Assembly: GCA_021296135.1 (NCBI GenBank)
Contig: JAGWAZ010000001.1
Coordinates: 1,908 to 65,907, forward strand
DNA: 64,000 nt
Direction: 5' to 3'
Source: Chlorobiota bacterium
GTDB lineage: Bacteria; Bacteroidota; Ignavibacteria; OLB7
The notes beneath the pieces are model-generated. The model was not told where the DNA came from. It ran no database searches and was given only the letters and a program-made list of their open reading frames with translations. The translations under genes and the position numbers were made by a program. Position 1 is the stretch's first letter. The number at the start of each line of letters is the position of its first letter. Positions 38,172 through 48,814 of the stretch are shown here, piece by piece.

Positions 38172-39062
38172 TTAGTAGCCTCCGTTCGGCAATGTAGGGT
38201 TGTAGACCGGTTTGTTGATGGGACGTGTTTTCAGAGCCCCGTTTTTTAATGCTGTTACACGCTCTTCGGCTATTTTGATATACTCTAACTCAACATCACA
38301 GCCATATCCAATTCGCCGATGTTTCATAGCAGCTATGATCGATGAACCGACTCCCATATATGGGTCCAGCACTCCATCCCCTTGTTGAGTCATAGATAGA
38401 ACCAGACGTTCAACAAGCTCAACAGGGAACTGACAAGGATGAATTGTTTTCTCAACGTGATTAGACTTTACGTTGGGAATTTCCCAAACATCGCTCGGAT
38501 TTTTACCCAAGGGATTTCCAGACAATTGCCCTTGCTTCGGGCCTTTGAAATGTTTTTTCTTAGGATATTTCGATTGTACTCTGACAGGATCGACGTCAAA
38601 GAAATAGTCGTCAGATTTAGTGAACCAGAGTATTGTTTCGTGCCGTCCTGAAAACCGATGAGTACAGTGGAGACCGTGTCCGAAATGCCATATAATCCTA
38701 TTCCTCAACTTAAGGTCAAGTTTTTTGAATAAAGGATAGAGCACGATATCAAGAGGAAAGAGCTCTTTATCGTTAGCAATATGGTTTCCTACTTGCCAAC
38801 AAAGTGAACCACTTGGATGTAAAACCCTTACACATTCTTGAATAACCTGAGACTGTTCATTTAAATAGTCACCCAAATTTGTTCGCTCTTCATACGATTT
38901 GCCGATGTTGTACGGAGGAGATGTAACAATCAACATCATACTATCATCCTGAATCCGTGGCATAAACTCGAGGTTGCTCTCACACGCGATTACAGGTTCA
39001 GGATAATCATATAGATCAATCCCTAATTGTTCATGATTTTGAGATGTATCGTTCATATTCAA
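38172..39062 (-). CDS. DNA methyltransferase of the N4-cytosine/N6-adenine family (pfam01555-like, beta-class). The SPPY motif favours an N4-cytosine enzyme.
   Basis: Motif IV LIVTSPPYNIG near the N-terminus and motif I VLDPYMGVGSSIIAA near the C-terminus (beta permutation). AT-rich relative to the flanking genes. Confidence 0.8.
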   Translation of the reverse strand: MNMNDTSQNHEQLGIDLYDYPEPVIACESNLEFMPRIQDDSMMLIVTSPPYNIGKSYEERTNLGDYLNEQSQVIQECVRVLHPSGSLCWQVGNHIANDKELFPLDIVLYPLFKKLDLKLRNRIIWHFGHGLHCTHRFSGRHETILWFTKSDDYFFDVDPVRVQSKYPKKKHFKGPKQGQLSGNPLGKNPSDVWEIPNVKSNHVEKTIHPCQFPVELVERLVLSMTQQGDGVLDPYMGVGSSIIAAMKHRRIGYGCDVELEYIKIAEERVTALKNGALKTRPINKPVYNPTLPNGGY

Positions 39063-39118
39063 TACCTCATAGAGAATATACCGCCACCGAGCTCTTGATA
39101 GAAAATGATAATATTCCT

Positions 39119-40546
39119 TTAATTTTGCCTCTCCCTAACTCTCTGCTCCGTTCTAATCGCAGCAGCAACGGCAACTCTCATTACCTCCTCATCAATCACT
39201 TGTTCTGGCTCCGTCCAGTGCTTCTTGAGGTAACCCGTAGAAAAATTACCAACGCGGAACTCTTCGTTTCTTAAGACTGCTCGGCAGAATGGAATAGTTG
39301 TTGCGACTCCTGCAATGTAGTATTGATCCAGAGCTGAAAGAGTACGTTCAATTGCTTCGTTGCGGTCTGATCCCCAACAGATAAGCTTTGCAATCATCGG
39401 ATCGTAGTATAGTGAGATCTCCATGCCAGGGTAGATAGAGGAATCGACCCGAATATGCTCTCCTTCAGGTTCATGTATATCAAAAATTGTTCCAATGCTC
39501 GGCAGGAAGTTGTCGTAGGAATCTTCTGCACAAACCCGACACTCTATTGCATGACCATTGAATTGAATATCCGAATTCTTCAACGGCAACTCTTCTCCCC
39601 TCGCAACGCGGATCTGCAACTCTACCAGATCAAGTCCCGTCACCATCTCGGTGACCGGGTGCTCAACCTGGAGTCGCGTGTTTACTTCGAGGAAGTAATA
39701 GTTACCGGATGAATCGAGCAGGAATTCGAGCGTTCCTGCGTTTGTATAGTTGGCAGCAGCGACAAGCTTCCTGGCACTGGCAAACATTCGAGCACGGAGA
39801 TCAGCATTGAGGGCAACCGAGGGAGATTCCTCAATCACTTTCTGATGACGCCTTTGGATCGAACATTCACGTTCTCCAAGGACAAGCACATTCCCATGAT
39901 TGTCGGCGACAACCTGGATTTCGATGTGACGAGGCTCTTCAATGTACTTCTCAAGAAAAACCTCATCATCGCCAAACGCAGTCATTGCTTCACCTTGAGC
40001 CGCTCGTAAACCACTTTCAAGTTCTGAAGTTTCCCGAACGACTCTCATTCCTTTACCGCCTCCACCAGCAGCAGCTTTCAGCAGTACGGGATAGCCGATC
40101 TCCTCTGCGGTCCCATAAGCCTTATCAATAGAAGAGACTCCGGATGTTGTTCCCGGTATCACTGAAACCCCTGACTCGATAGCCAGGCGACGGGCGTTTG
40201 TTTTGCTTCCAAAGCCCTTAATTGCCTCGGGTGCCGGCCCAATGAATGTGATGCCTGTATCATTGCATCTCTTGGCAAAATCGGTGTTCTCACTCAAAAA
40301 GCCATACCCGGGGTGAAGCGCATCGGCCCCAGATTTCCTGGCTATTTCGAATACCAAATCCATATCAAGATAGGTCTCACCGGGGGTTAATCCGGGTAAC
40401 CGATAGGCTTCCGTTGCCTCACCAACATATGGTGCTGGCGTATCGACATCGGAGTATATCGCAACTGTCTCAATTCCCATACGATGAGCCGTCCGAATAA
40501 CTCGGTGCGCAATTTCACCTCGATTTGCTATGAGGATTTTTTTCAT
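39119..40546 (-). CDS. accC: Biotin carboxylase (acetyl-CoA carboxylase subunit)
   Basis: MKKILIANRGEIA, ATP-grasp motifs, 475 aa. Confidence 0.85.
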   Translation of the reverse strand: MKKILIANRGEIAHRVIRTAHRMGIETVAIYSDVDTPAPYVGEATEAYRLPGLTPGETYLDMDLVFEIARKSGADALHPGYGFLSENTDFAKRCNDTGITFIGPAPEAIKGFGSKTNARRLAIESGVSVIPGTTSGVSSIDKAYGTAEEIGYPVLLKAAAGGGGKGMRVVRETSELESGLRAAQGEAMTAFGDDEVFLEKYIEEPRHIEIQVVADNHGNVLVLGERECSIQRRHQKVIEESPSVALNADLRARMFASARKLVAAANYTNAGTLEFLLDSSGNYYFLEVNTRLQVEHPVTEMVTGLDLVELQIRVARGEELPLKNSDIQFNGHAIECRVCAEDSYDNFLPSIGTIFDIHEPEGEHIRVDSSIYPGMEISLYYDPMIAKLICWGSDRNEAIERTLSALDQYYIAGVATTIPFCRAVLRNEEFRVGNFSTGYLKKHWTEPEQVIDEEVMRVAVAAAIRTEQRVRERQN

Positions 40547-40730
40547 CGATTGTTCTCTAACTCAATAACCCTCTATTTCCATAAATACTGGCTAACCCTC
40601 GTTCTTTCTATTTGGAATCTTTCTTCATCGTTGCATTGTTAGGAGCTTCTCCATCTAACGCATGGAAAAAACCGCCAAGGGCACAAAGGAAGGCTAAAGA
40701 TTGTTGAGATGAGCGTTGCTATACGGTCCC

Positions 40731-43091
40731 CTATTCCAACTCAACAATAGTAACCCCCGCACCTCCTTCTGTCAATGTTCCAAGGCGGTACGATAGAACA
40801 TGAGGATGATCCTTCAACAGCTCATGCGTCCGTTGTCTTAAAACCCCAGTTCCTTTACCGTGAATTATTTCCAGACGGTTAAGCCCTCTGCTCAACGCCG
40901 CAGTCAACGCATGATCAATTTCTACAGAAGCTTCTTCTGAGTACATTCCACGCAAGTCAATTCGTTTGCTTGCTTCGTCAGCGTTTACAATGGCTTCGCG
41001 CGAGGAACTTTCAGTCCGGCGTTTCTCTGATCGGGTCATTTTTTCAAGATCAGATACATGGGATCGCATCCGCAAAGGACCGAACTGCACCACGACGTTC
41101 CCATTCTCATCCGGCTCAACATCAATCTCGCCAATCTCCTGTCCATCTATCAACCTAACAGCATCTCCTTTATAGAAACTCTCCGAATCGCTTACCCCAG
41201 CCTGCTTTTCGGTTTGCACCTCAATCCCTCTCCGCGCCTCCTCGATTGTGCGTCGCATCTCTCTGACATTCTCCTTTGAGGCGCCAGAACGAATCTCTCT
41301 CAGTGTATTCTCGATCAACCCGTTTGCATTCGCCAGGATCTCACGTGCCTCAGATCTGGCAGCAGTGACTATCTCCTCCCGTTTTGACCGTAACCGCTCT
41401 CGCTCTTCACGTAATTGATCACGCACCGCCTTCGATTCTCCAAGTGCTTTTTGATGCTCGGTCTCAAGGGATCTGCTCTCATGTAACGATACTTCAAGCT
41501 GTTCAATCAACCCAGTCATATCATTACGATCCTGTCCCAGATTTGTGCGGGCGGCCTCGATGATTTCATGATCAAAGCCGAATCGAGCTAATAACTCAAA
41601 AGCATAGCTATTGCCAGGTACGCCAACAAGGAGTCGGTAGGTTGGCAAAAGCGTCTCTGTATCGAACTCCATTCCAGCATTCTCAACACCTTCATTCTCA
41701 TAGGCATAGACTTTCAACGCGCTATGGTGCGTTGTTGCCAGAACAATCACTCCTCTCTTGAGAAGCCGATGAAGGATTGCAGCAGCCACCGCTGCACCTT
41801 CATCCGGATCAGTTCCGGTGCCAAGTTCGTCGAGAAGTACGATGTCCCCTTCTTTTGCGCTCTGCATAATCTCCTGCACTCGGATCATGTGAGCACTAAA
41901 AGTCGACAAATCATTCTCAACAGACTGATGATCACCAATATCGCTGAAAAGTAATGCCGGATGAACAAGAGCTTTGTTTGCCGGAGGATGGATGCCTGTT
42001 AACGACATCATGGTAATCAACCCTAACGTTTTGATCGCTATGGTCTTGCCACCAGCATTAGGACCCGATATGATCACACAACGCTTTGTGTTGTTGAATT
42101 CAATCGACATCGGCACAACATGCTCAAGGTGAAGTTGTAGCAAAGGGTGGACTGCATTCTCCATCACAATGGTATGCCCCTCGGAAATCTCTGGCTCAAC
42201 ACAACCATACTCTTCTGCATACCGTGCACGGGCAGCAACCGAATCAATCAATTGAACACACCAGACTGATTCGCGGAATTCTTCAGCTTCGGCTCCGATC
42301 TCCTCGGTCAATGTTCTCAGAATACGTTCGACTTCTCTCCGCTCGGCAAATGTCAATTCTGCGATTTGATTGTTCATATCGAATATCTCTGCGGGCTCAA
42401 GATAGACCGTGGCACCGGTATTCGATTCCCCATGAATGATACCCGGAATCTTTCTTTTATACTCGACGCGCACAGGTAAGACAAGCCTTCCCTCCCGCAG
42501 AGTGATGTATTCCTCGGTCAGCAACTCATCATCGGCAACTCTCCTCAGAATCTTTCCAAGCCGCTCGCGTAGAGCACCCGACTTGGCAATGATGTCTCTT
42601 CGAATGGTGAAAAGCTCTCGAGAAGCCGCATCCTTTACCTCGCCGTTATCACCTATCGCATCGGAAATATGCTTTTCGAGAAGCTTATTTGTGTGAATAC
42701 CCGATGCCAGTCCACTCAGTAGTGGTGCCACATCAGAGCGCGAAGAAAAGAAGCTTCTCACCCGCCGAAAGCCCTGGATTGTTGTATAAATTGCCCCGAG
42801 GTCTTCACCGGCAAGCCATGCTCCTGAGGTTTGTGACAGGGTTAACGCTTGTCGGATATCATAAATTCCGTTAACGGGAATCTGTTTATCCTTTTGGAGA
42901 ATTGATCGCGCCTCTCCAACCATCCTAATTTCACGACGAACTGTCTGGTGATCGTTCAGCGGTTGAGCTTCAAGGATATGCTCCACACCCAAGGACGAAG
43001 AGGCATACCCTGAGATATGCTCAAGGATGCGTCCGTATTCAAGCAGCTCAAGACTCGACTCGATTAATCTGTTTCGGGTCTCTTCGCTCAC
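40731..43091 (-). CDS. mutS2: Endonuclease MutS2
   Basis: 786 aa. Walker A GPNAGGKT, C-terminal Smr domain. Confidence 0.85.
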   Translation of the reverse strand: MSEETRNRLIESSLELLEYGRILEHISGYASSSLGVEHILEAQPLNDHQTVRREIRMVGEARSILQKDKQIPVNGIYDIRQALTLSQTSGAWLAGEDLGAIYTTIQGFRRVRSFFSSRSDVAPLLSGLASGIHTNKLLEKHISDAIGDNGEVKDAASRELFTIRRDIIAKSGALRERLGKILRRVADDELLTEEYITLREGRLVLPVRVEYKRKIPGIIHGESNTGATVYLEPAEIFDMNNQIAELTFAERREVERILRTLTEEIGAEAEEFRESVWCVQLIDSVAARARYAEEYGCVEPEISEGHTIVMENAVHPLLQLHLEHVVPMSIEFNNTKRCVIISGPNAGGKTIAIKTLGLITMMSLTGIHPPANKALVHPALLFSDIGDHQSVENDLSTFSAHMIRVQEIMQSAKEGDIVLLDELGTGTDPDEGAAVAAAILHRLLKRGVIVLATTHHSALKVYAYENEGVENAGMEFDTETLLPTYRLLVGVPGNSYAFELLARFGFDHEIIEAARTNLGQDRNDMTGLIEQLEVSLHESRSLETEHQKALGESKAVRDQLREERERLRSKREEIVTAARSEAREILANANGLIENTLREIRSGASKENVREMRRTIEEARRGIEVQTEKQAGVSDSESFYKGDAVRLIDGQEIGEIDVEPDENGNVVVQFGPLRMRSHVSDLEKMTRSEKRRTESSSREAIVNADEASKRIDLRGMYSEEASVEIDHALTAALSRGLNRLEIIHGKGTGVLRQRTHELLKDHPHVLSYRLGTLTEGGAGVTIVELE

Positions 43092-43540
43092 AATCCCTCT
43101 CCAGCAAGAATCTCACGTACAATTCCTTGAACGCGACCTCCGTCAGCACGCCCACGCACCTCAGCCATCGCTTTCGGCATCAGATGTTTGAAGTCTTCCA
43201 TTCCCTTTGCTCCGACTTCATCTGCGATTTTCGAGACGACCTCTCGAATCTCTTCATCGCTTAGCTGTTCTGGAAGATACTCTTTGAACACCAGGAGTTC
43301 TGCCTGTTCTTTCTCTGCAAGATCGGTCCTTCCCGCCTGCGAAAACTGCTCTATTGCATCCTTGCTCATTTTCGCCTGTTTCTGAACCGTTTTCAATTCA
43401 GCCTCCTCGGTAACCTCTTCACCAGATTTCTGCAATTGAAGCAACGCTGCACGCAACGTTCTGAGGGCAGCAACTCTCGTTGTGTTCCCCTCTTTCATTG
43501 CAGCCTTCATATCTTCAATTATCTTTTCGGAGATTGTCAT
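43088..43540 (-). CDS. GatB/YqeY domain protein
   Basis: 150 aa, with the typical YqeY pattern ...KEGNTTRVAALRTLRAAL.... Overlaps mutS2 by 4 bp. Confidence 0.8.
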   Translation of the reverse strand: MTISEKIIEDMKAAMKEGNTTRVAALRTLRAALLQLQKSGEEVTEEAELKTVQKQAKMSKDAIEQFSQAGRTDLAEKEQAELLVFKEYLPEQLSDEEIREVVSKIADEVGAKGMEDFKHLMPKAMAEVRGRADGGRVQGIVREILAGEGL

Positions 43541-43696
43541 TTGTTCTATCCTTTAGGGATTCAATTCTATTTTCAACGTAGCAAGAATATAGAAGGTAGT
43601 AGGTAGCATAGAGGAAGAAATAAACTATCCTATGCTACATTTCACCTTCTATTTCCTACCTTCTTTCCGAATGTTGAAATTACCAATTACAGACCG

Positions 43697-44614
43697 ATGA
43701 AGCGCGTTCTCTCGCTGTTACCAAGCACAACAGAAATCATGTATGCACTTGGTGCGGAAGATGCTCTTGTCGGAGTGACCCATGAATGTGATTTTCCGAG
43801 AGGGACCGCTTCTAAACCAGATGTAACCTCAGCTGAAATCCATCCTGAACTTGAGAGTCAGGAAATTGACCGACTTGTGCGTCAGCAGCTCGAAGACTCA
43901 GGAAGCCTTTACGGGCTTGACATGGATCTAGTTCGCGAATTGCGGCCCGAGATTGTTCTGACTCAACAACTCTGCACAGTCTGTGCTGTCGGTTTTGAGA
44001 CTGTTCAAAAGGCAATGGCTTCACTCTCTGAACCTCCGGAGGTCATCAACATAGAACCAAAGAACATGAACGACGTTTTCAAGTCAATCCGGGATATCGC
44101 TCAGCTGACTCAACACGAAGAAGCAGGGGCTGTTCTGATTGATAAACTTCGTTCTTCATTGGAGAACATTGAGAAGGCTAATGGGCCACGCCTTCTTTTT
44201 CTTGAATGGCTTATCCCTCCATTTTCAGCCGGGGACTGGATACCTGAGATAATCGAAGCTGCTGGCGCCCTTCCTGTTCTTGCAAACCCTGGTTCGCACT
44301 CACGCCAACTCTCGTGGGAGAAAATTGAGCAAGCAGAGTTTGATGTCATTGTCGTATCATGTTGTGGCCTCGAGGTTGACCGAGCGATCCGGGACATAGG
44401 GCAATCTCAGGAACTACAGTGGCTTCTGAACAAACGCAACGATCCTCCTCTTTTCCTATTCGATGGCAATCATTTTTTCAGCCGACCTGGCCCACGCCTC
44501 GTGGAAAGCGCTCAGTTGCTGGCAAAGGCTCTCAATGGCGAAAGTTCAGATAATCTCCGTGCGTCTATCTGCAAGCCGTTCATTTACCTACAAAAAAGGG
44601 AAGACATCGCATGA
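43697..44614 (+). CDS. BtuF/FhuD-like (Peripla_BP_2) cobalamin/siderophore-type binding protein without an obvious signal peptide
   Basis: MKRVLSLLPSTTEIMYALGAEDALVGVTHECDFP matches the class III SBP N-terminus. Confidence 0.55.
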   Translation: MKRVLSLLPSTTEIMYALGAEDALVGVTHECDFPRGTASKPDVTSAEIHPELESQEIDRLVRQQLEDSGSLYGLDMDLVRELRPEIVLTQQLCTVCAVGFETVQKAMASLSEPPEVINIEPKNMNDVFKSIRDIAQLTQHEEAGAVLIDKLRSSLENIEKANGPRLLFLEWLIPPFSAGDWIPEIIEAAGALPVLANPGSHSRQLSWEKIEQAEFDVIVVSCCGLEVDRAIRDIGQSQELQWLLNKRNDPPLFLFDGNHFFSRPGPRLVESAQLLAKALNGESSDNLRASICKPFIYLQKREDIA

Positions 44615-44653
44615 TGCCTTCCCTGACACAGTCGGTACAATTGGAACTCTATT

Positions 44654-45544
44654 CTATCCTTCCAACGCATTAGCACCAGAGACAATCTCAAGAATTTCTG
44701 TTGTAATTGCTGCCTGACGAGCCTTGTTATATTCAAGCTTCAAATCACGCGCAAGGTCTTTTGCATTCCTTGTCGCGTTGTCCATGGCTGTCATCCGTGC
44801 TCCATGCTCTGCTGCATTTGACTCCAGCAGACCGTTCCACATCTGAGTATTGAGATGTTTTGGAATCAATGCGTTCAATAACTCAACAGAGGATGGCTCA
44901 AAAATATACTCGATGTTATAGCCAGAAGCGGTCTTGGCACGTTCTCCGCTAACAATTGGTTCAACAGGAAGGAACTGATTAACGGCAATTTTCTGCCTGA
45001 TAACCGAACGGAATTCATTGTGTATCAACTCAACCTTATCGTAATGCCCCTCCAGGAACTTGTCCTGAATTTCGCCAACGATCTTCTGAGCAACTGCAAA
45101 GTTCAGATCGTTGAAGATACCCGGATATTTATTGACAACGTTATAGCCACGCTTATCAAAGAAATCGACAGATCGTTTACCAACGCAGATCAGCTCTACA
45201 GCTCCAGCCTTATTCACCTCTCCATAGGTATTGCGAACTCGGTGCTGAGCCGCTTTCAGAACGTTGCTGTTGAAAGGACCACAGAGACCACGATCAGCCG
45301 TAACAACTACAATTCCAACTCGGTGGGTCTCACGCTGTTGAAAGTATGGGCTGATAGCCGTCTCCATTGACTCGGCCAGGTGTCCGAGAATCTCCCGGAG
45401 CTTCCCTGCATAGGGTCGTGCCTGAATGATTGCATCCTGCGCACGCCGCAATTTCGCAGCGGCAACCATCTTCATTGCCTGCGTAATCTTGGCCGTGTTT
45501 TGAACACCACGGATACGAGTCCGGATTTTTCTGTACTGTCCCAT
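44654..45544 (-). CDS. atpG: ATP synthase F1 gamma subunit
   Basis: MGQYRKIRTRIRGVQNTAKITQAMKMVAAAKLRRAQ... Confidence 0.9.
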   Translation of the reverse strand: MGQYRKIRTRIRGVQNTAKITQAMKMVAAAKLRRAQDAIIQARPYAGKLREILGHLAESMETAISPYFQQRETHRVGIVVVTADRGLCGPFNSNVLKAAQHRVRNTYGEVNKAGAVELICVGKRSVDFFDKRGYNVVNKYPGIFNDLNFAVAQKIVGEIQDKFLEGHYDKVELIHNEFRSVIRQKIAVNQFLPVEPIVSGERAKTASGYNIEYIFEPSSVELLNALIPKHLNTQMWNGLLESNAAEHGARMTAMDNATRNAKDLARDLKLEYNKARQAAITTEILEIVSGANALEG

Positions 45545-45545
45545 T

Positions 45546-47117
45546 CTATGCTACTGTCGCCATTTCTTGTTCGGTGACAGTAAAGCCGGCAGAGAAATCG
45601 TTGAGTGTGCTGTTCAAAAGATTTGTGACCTCTTCGTTAAGCACTTTTTCCTTTGCAATTTTCGGAAGCAACTCAGGCTGCTTCATCTTGACATACTCAA
45701 GATATTCTTTTTCAAAACGCTTTACGTCCTCAAGGGGAACCTTATCCAAGTATCCACTGGTTCCGGCATAAATGACCGCTATCTGCTCTTCGACAGGCAT
45801 AGGCACATACTGCCTCTGCTTCAGGAGCTCCACAAGACGCGAACCGCGAAGGAGTAACTGCTGGGTCGATTTATCGAGATCGGAACCGAATTTGGCAAAG
45901 GCCTCAAGCTCACGATACTGCGCAAGATCGAGCTTCAACGTACCTGCAATCTTCTTCATCGCTTTGATCTGGGCGTTTCCTCCTACGCGAGATACCGAGA
46001 TACCAACATCGATAGCAGGACGAACACCGGCGTTGAAGAGACCGGGCAAGAGATAGATTTGACCATCAGTGATTGAAATCACATTTGTCGGAATGTAGGC
46101 CGATGGATCGCTTTCCTGAGTTTCGATAACAGGCAAGGCAGTTAATGAACCACCGCCATACTCAGCGTCGAGCTTAGCAGCACGTTCGAGAAGACGTGAG
46201 TGAAGATAGAAGACATCACCCGGATAGGCTTCGCGTCCCGGAGGACGACGGAGTAGCAGGGAAATCTGACGATAGGCGGCCGCCTGCTTCGTCAAATCAT
46301 CATATACAGCCAATGCATGGCGACCCGAATCACGGAAGTACTCTCCCATAGCGGCACCGGAGTATGGTGCAATAAACTGAAGCGGAGCCGGGTCAGAGGC
46401 GTTTGCAACAACGACGGTCGTGTAGTCAAGCGCACCGTTGTTCTTTAACGTCTCAACAACGTTGGCAACTGTCGATGCTTTCTGACCAATGTTGACGTAG
46501 ATGCAATAGACCGGATCGATACCAAGTTCTTTTGCCTCCTCCGTGTGCGTAAACCTCTGATTGATAATCGTATCGATCGCGACCGCCGTCTTTCCTGTCT
46601 GGCGGTCACCGATAATCAACTCACGTTGCCCGCGACCGATCGGAATCATTGCGTCGATGGCTTTCAAACCGGTCTGCAACGGTTCATTCACAGGATATCG
46701 CGTGATGACGCCTGGAGCTTTCCGCTCGATAGCAAGGACATGGGGTGTATCAATCGGACCGTGTCCATCAAGTGGGGCGCCAAGCGGATTGACCACACGC
46801 CCCAGAAGGGCCTCACCAACCGGGACCTGTGCGACCTTACCGGTACGCTTGACTGTGTCTCCTTCCTTGACAAGCTTGTCACCTCCAAAGAGAATCACAC
46901 CGACGTTATCCTCTTCAAGGTTCAATGCCATTCCCATGACGCCGTTTGGAAACTCTACAAGCTCTGAGGCAAGCACATTTGATAATCCGTAGAGACGAGC
47001 AACACCATCACCTACCTCAAGGACGGTGCCAACATCAAAGAGATCGACTTCGCTGTCGAATCCACTTAACTGTTTCCGGAGAATCGCCGATACTTCATCG
47101 GGACGGACTTCTACCAT
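45546..47117 (-). CDS. atpA: ATP synthase F1 alpha subunit
   Basis: [19 protein letters not shown]-loop, 523 aa. Confidence 0.95.
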   Translation of the reverse strand: MVEVRPDEVSAILRKQLSGFDSEVDLFDVGTVLEVGDGVARLYGLSNVLASELVEFPNGVMGMALNLEEDNVGVILFGGDKLVKEGDTVKRTGKVAQVPVGEALLGRVVNPLGAPLDGHGPIDTPHVLAIERKAPGVITRYPVNEPLQTGLKAIDAMIPIGRGQRELIIGDRQTGKTAVAIDTIINQRFTHTEEAKELGIDPVYCIYVNIGQKASTVANVVETLKNNGALDYTTVVVANASDPAPLQFIAPYSGAAMGEYFRDSGRHALAVYDDLTKQAAAYRQISLLLRRPPGREAYPGDVFYLHSRLLERAAKLDAEYGGGSLTALPVIETQESDPSAYIPTNVISITDGQIYLLPGLFNAGVRPAIDVGISVSRVGGNAQIKAMKKIAGTLKLDLAQYRELEAFAKFGSDLDKSTQQLLLRGSRLVELLKQRQYVPMPVEEQIAVIYAGTSGYLDKVPLEDVKRFEKEYLEYVKMKQPELLPKIAKEKVLNEEVTNLLNSTLNDFSAGFTVTEQEMATVA

Positions 47118-47167
47118 TATTCTTCAGCCGTTATCGTTAATGTCTAATTGAATATTGTTCTATGCCA

Positions 47168-47731
47168 TTACAATGTCGGAGTCCAGGAACTTGCTTCTGC
47201 AGCAAGCGTTTCGTGGAGCCGTTCAAGTTGTCTGCTGACAGAGGCATCAATCATCAGATCATCGATTCGAGCAGTGAAACCACCGATCAAATCCCTGTCA
47301 AGATGATAATCTGCTTGTATACTCTGCCCGGTTAGCTCAGTAAGTCGTTGCTCGATTTGACTTTTAATCTTATGGTTCAACTCAGTAGCACTCGTGATTT
47401 TTGCGGGGGAGATGCCCCGCTCTTTCTCCAGCTGTTTGCGAAATGAGAGGAGAACGCCCGGTATAATCGCAGCTCTTCCTTTCTTCGTCATCAGTTCAAG
47501 AAAACTGAGAACCAGGTTGCTCACCTTATCCTGAAAGATATCAGCAATCAGCTTTGCCTTCGTTTCAACGGGAATTGTTGGTTTGGCAAGAAGATTCTGG
47601 AGATCACGGGAACCTTCTATTGCATAGTCAAGCGTCTTGAAGTCCTCAACTACCGTCTCAAGGTTTCCTTGCTCGTGTGCGACCTCCAGTACCGCCTTTG
47701 CATATCGGTGTGAAGCTCTTGTTTCAATCAT
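47168..47731 (-). CDS. atpH: ATP synthase F1 delta subunit (OSCP)
   Basis: 187 aa, positioned between atpF and atpA, with an OSCP-like N-terminus. Confidence 0.8.
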   Translation of the reverse strand: MIETRASHRYAKAVLEVAHEQGNLETVVEDFKTLDYAIEGSRDLQNLLAKPTIPVETKAKLIADIFQDKVSNLVLSFLELMTKKGRAAIIPGVLLSFRKQLEKERGISPAKITSATELNHKIKSQIEQRLTELTGQSIQADYHLDRDLIGGFTARIDDLMIDASVSRQLERLHETLAAEASSWTPTL

Positions 47732-47755
47732 AATCTCCTTTCTGCTTCTACAGGC

Positions 47756-48244
47756 TTAGTTCGTCACTTCAGTTGCTTCATTCAGATATGCTTCGACGAG
47801 TCGCTGACCACGTTCCTGGTCGATCGATTCTTTGAGTATTTTTTCCGAAGCACTGACAGCTAAGGCTGCAACTTCAGAGCGCAGCTGATTCAGTGCTTCT
47901 TTCTTGCTACGATCAATTTCAACCCTGGCACGATCTATCAACTCTCGTGCCTCCTCATCGGCCTTGCCCATTGCCTCATCACGAACTTTCTGGGCATATT
48001 CTCTACTTTCGCGGAGCAATTCCTGAGCTTCCGCTTCAGCCCGGGCCATTGCCCGGCGATTATCAGCAATGAGCTGTTTTGCCTCTTCTCTGGCCTTTTT
48101 AGCCTGTTCAATCGCATCATTGATTGTACTCTCTCTCTTTTCAAGAGCTTGAGTAATAGGCTTCCATCCCAGCTTGGCGAGGACAAAAAGAAGGATCAAA
48201 AAGTTGATGATGGTCCAGATTATGGGACCGATGTTAATATCAAC
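47756..48244 (-). CDS. atpF: ATP synthase Fo subunit b. Start uncertain: alternatives at 48298 and 48367.
   Basis: Start chosen at MFVDINIGPIIWTIINFLILLFVL. Single N-terminal TM segment followed by an A/E/R-rich coiled coil. Confidence 0.7.
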   Translation of the reverse strand, partial: VDINIGPIIWTIINFLILLFVLAKLGWKPITQALEKRESTINDAIEQAKKAREEAKQLIADNRRAMARAEAEAQELLRESREYAQKVRDEAMGKADEEARELIDRARVEIDRSKKEALNQLRSEVAALAVSASEKILKESIDQERGQRLVEAYLNEATEVTN

Positions 48245-48392
48245 AAACATGAGTTCGGTCTGAATAGTGACAAGATTTAACCCCACCTCATCAGCCATAC
48301 CTGAAGTATTCAGTGAATGACTGATGTGAATAAGCGGTCTGCCAGAACCCTCTAACAGGCCGCTCAATCAGGCTGTAAACAGGACTGCTCTC

Positions 48393-48626
48393 TTATGTAA
48401 CGAAAACCAGAAGAACGCAGATAACCAACGCAAAGAGGGCAATACCCTCGATAAGAGCGGCAGCGATAATCATTGTTGTACGGATATCACCAATAGCCTC
48501 CGGTTGACGTCCCTGCGCTTCAAGAGCAGCAGCAGCAAGACGGCCGATACCAAGACCCGGGCCAAAGACTGTGAGTGCTGCGCCAAGACCCGCAGCGAGA
48601 TAGGCCAATCCTTTTACTTCCATCAA
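48393..48626 (-). CDS. atpE: ATP synthase Fo subunit c
   Basis: 77-aa hairpin proteolipid with GLGAAL...GRQPE...IIAAALIEGIALFALV. Confidence 0.85.
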   Translation of the reverse strand: MMEVKGLAYLAAGLGAALTVFGPGLGIGRLAAAALEAQGRQPEAIGDIRTTMIIAAALIEGIALFALVICVLLVFVT

Positions 48627-48814
48627 AACCTCCGACAGATATGAAGATGTGTTCTGAAAATGACATCAATGTTAAAGACTTATAAAGTTACGGATGATCG
48701 TTCGTTTGCCGAACGGAGCATACTTTCAAAAAGGTTTCATTACGTGAACCATGACGAGCCAATTAAAGCCGATCTAATGGGCTGTTGCATGTTTCTCCTC
48801 CTCAATGGTATTTG

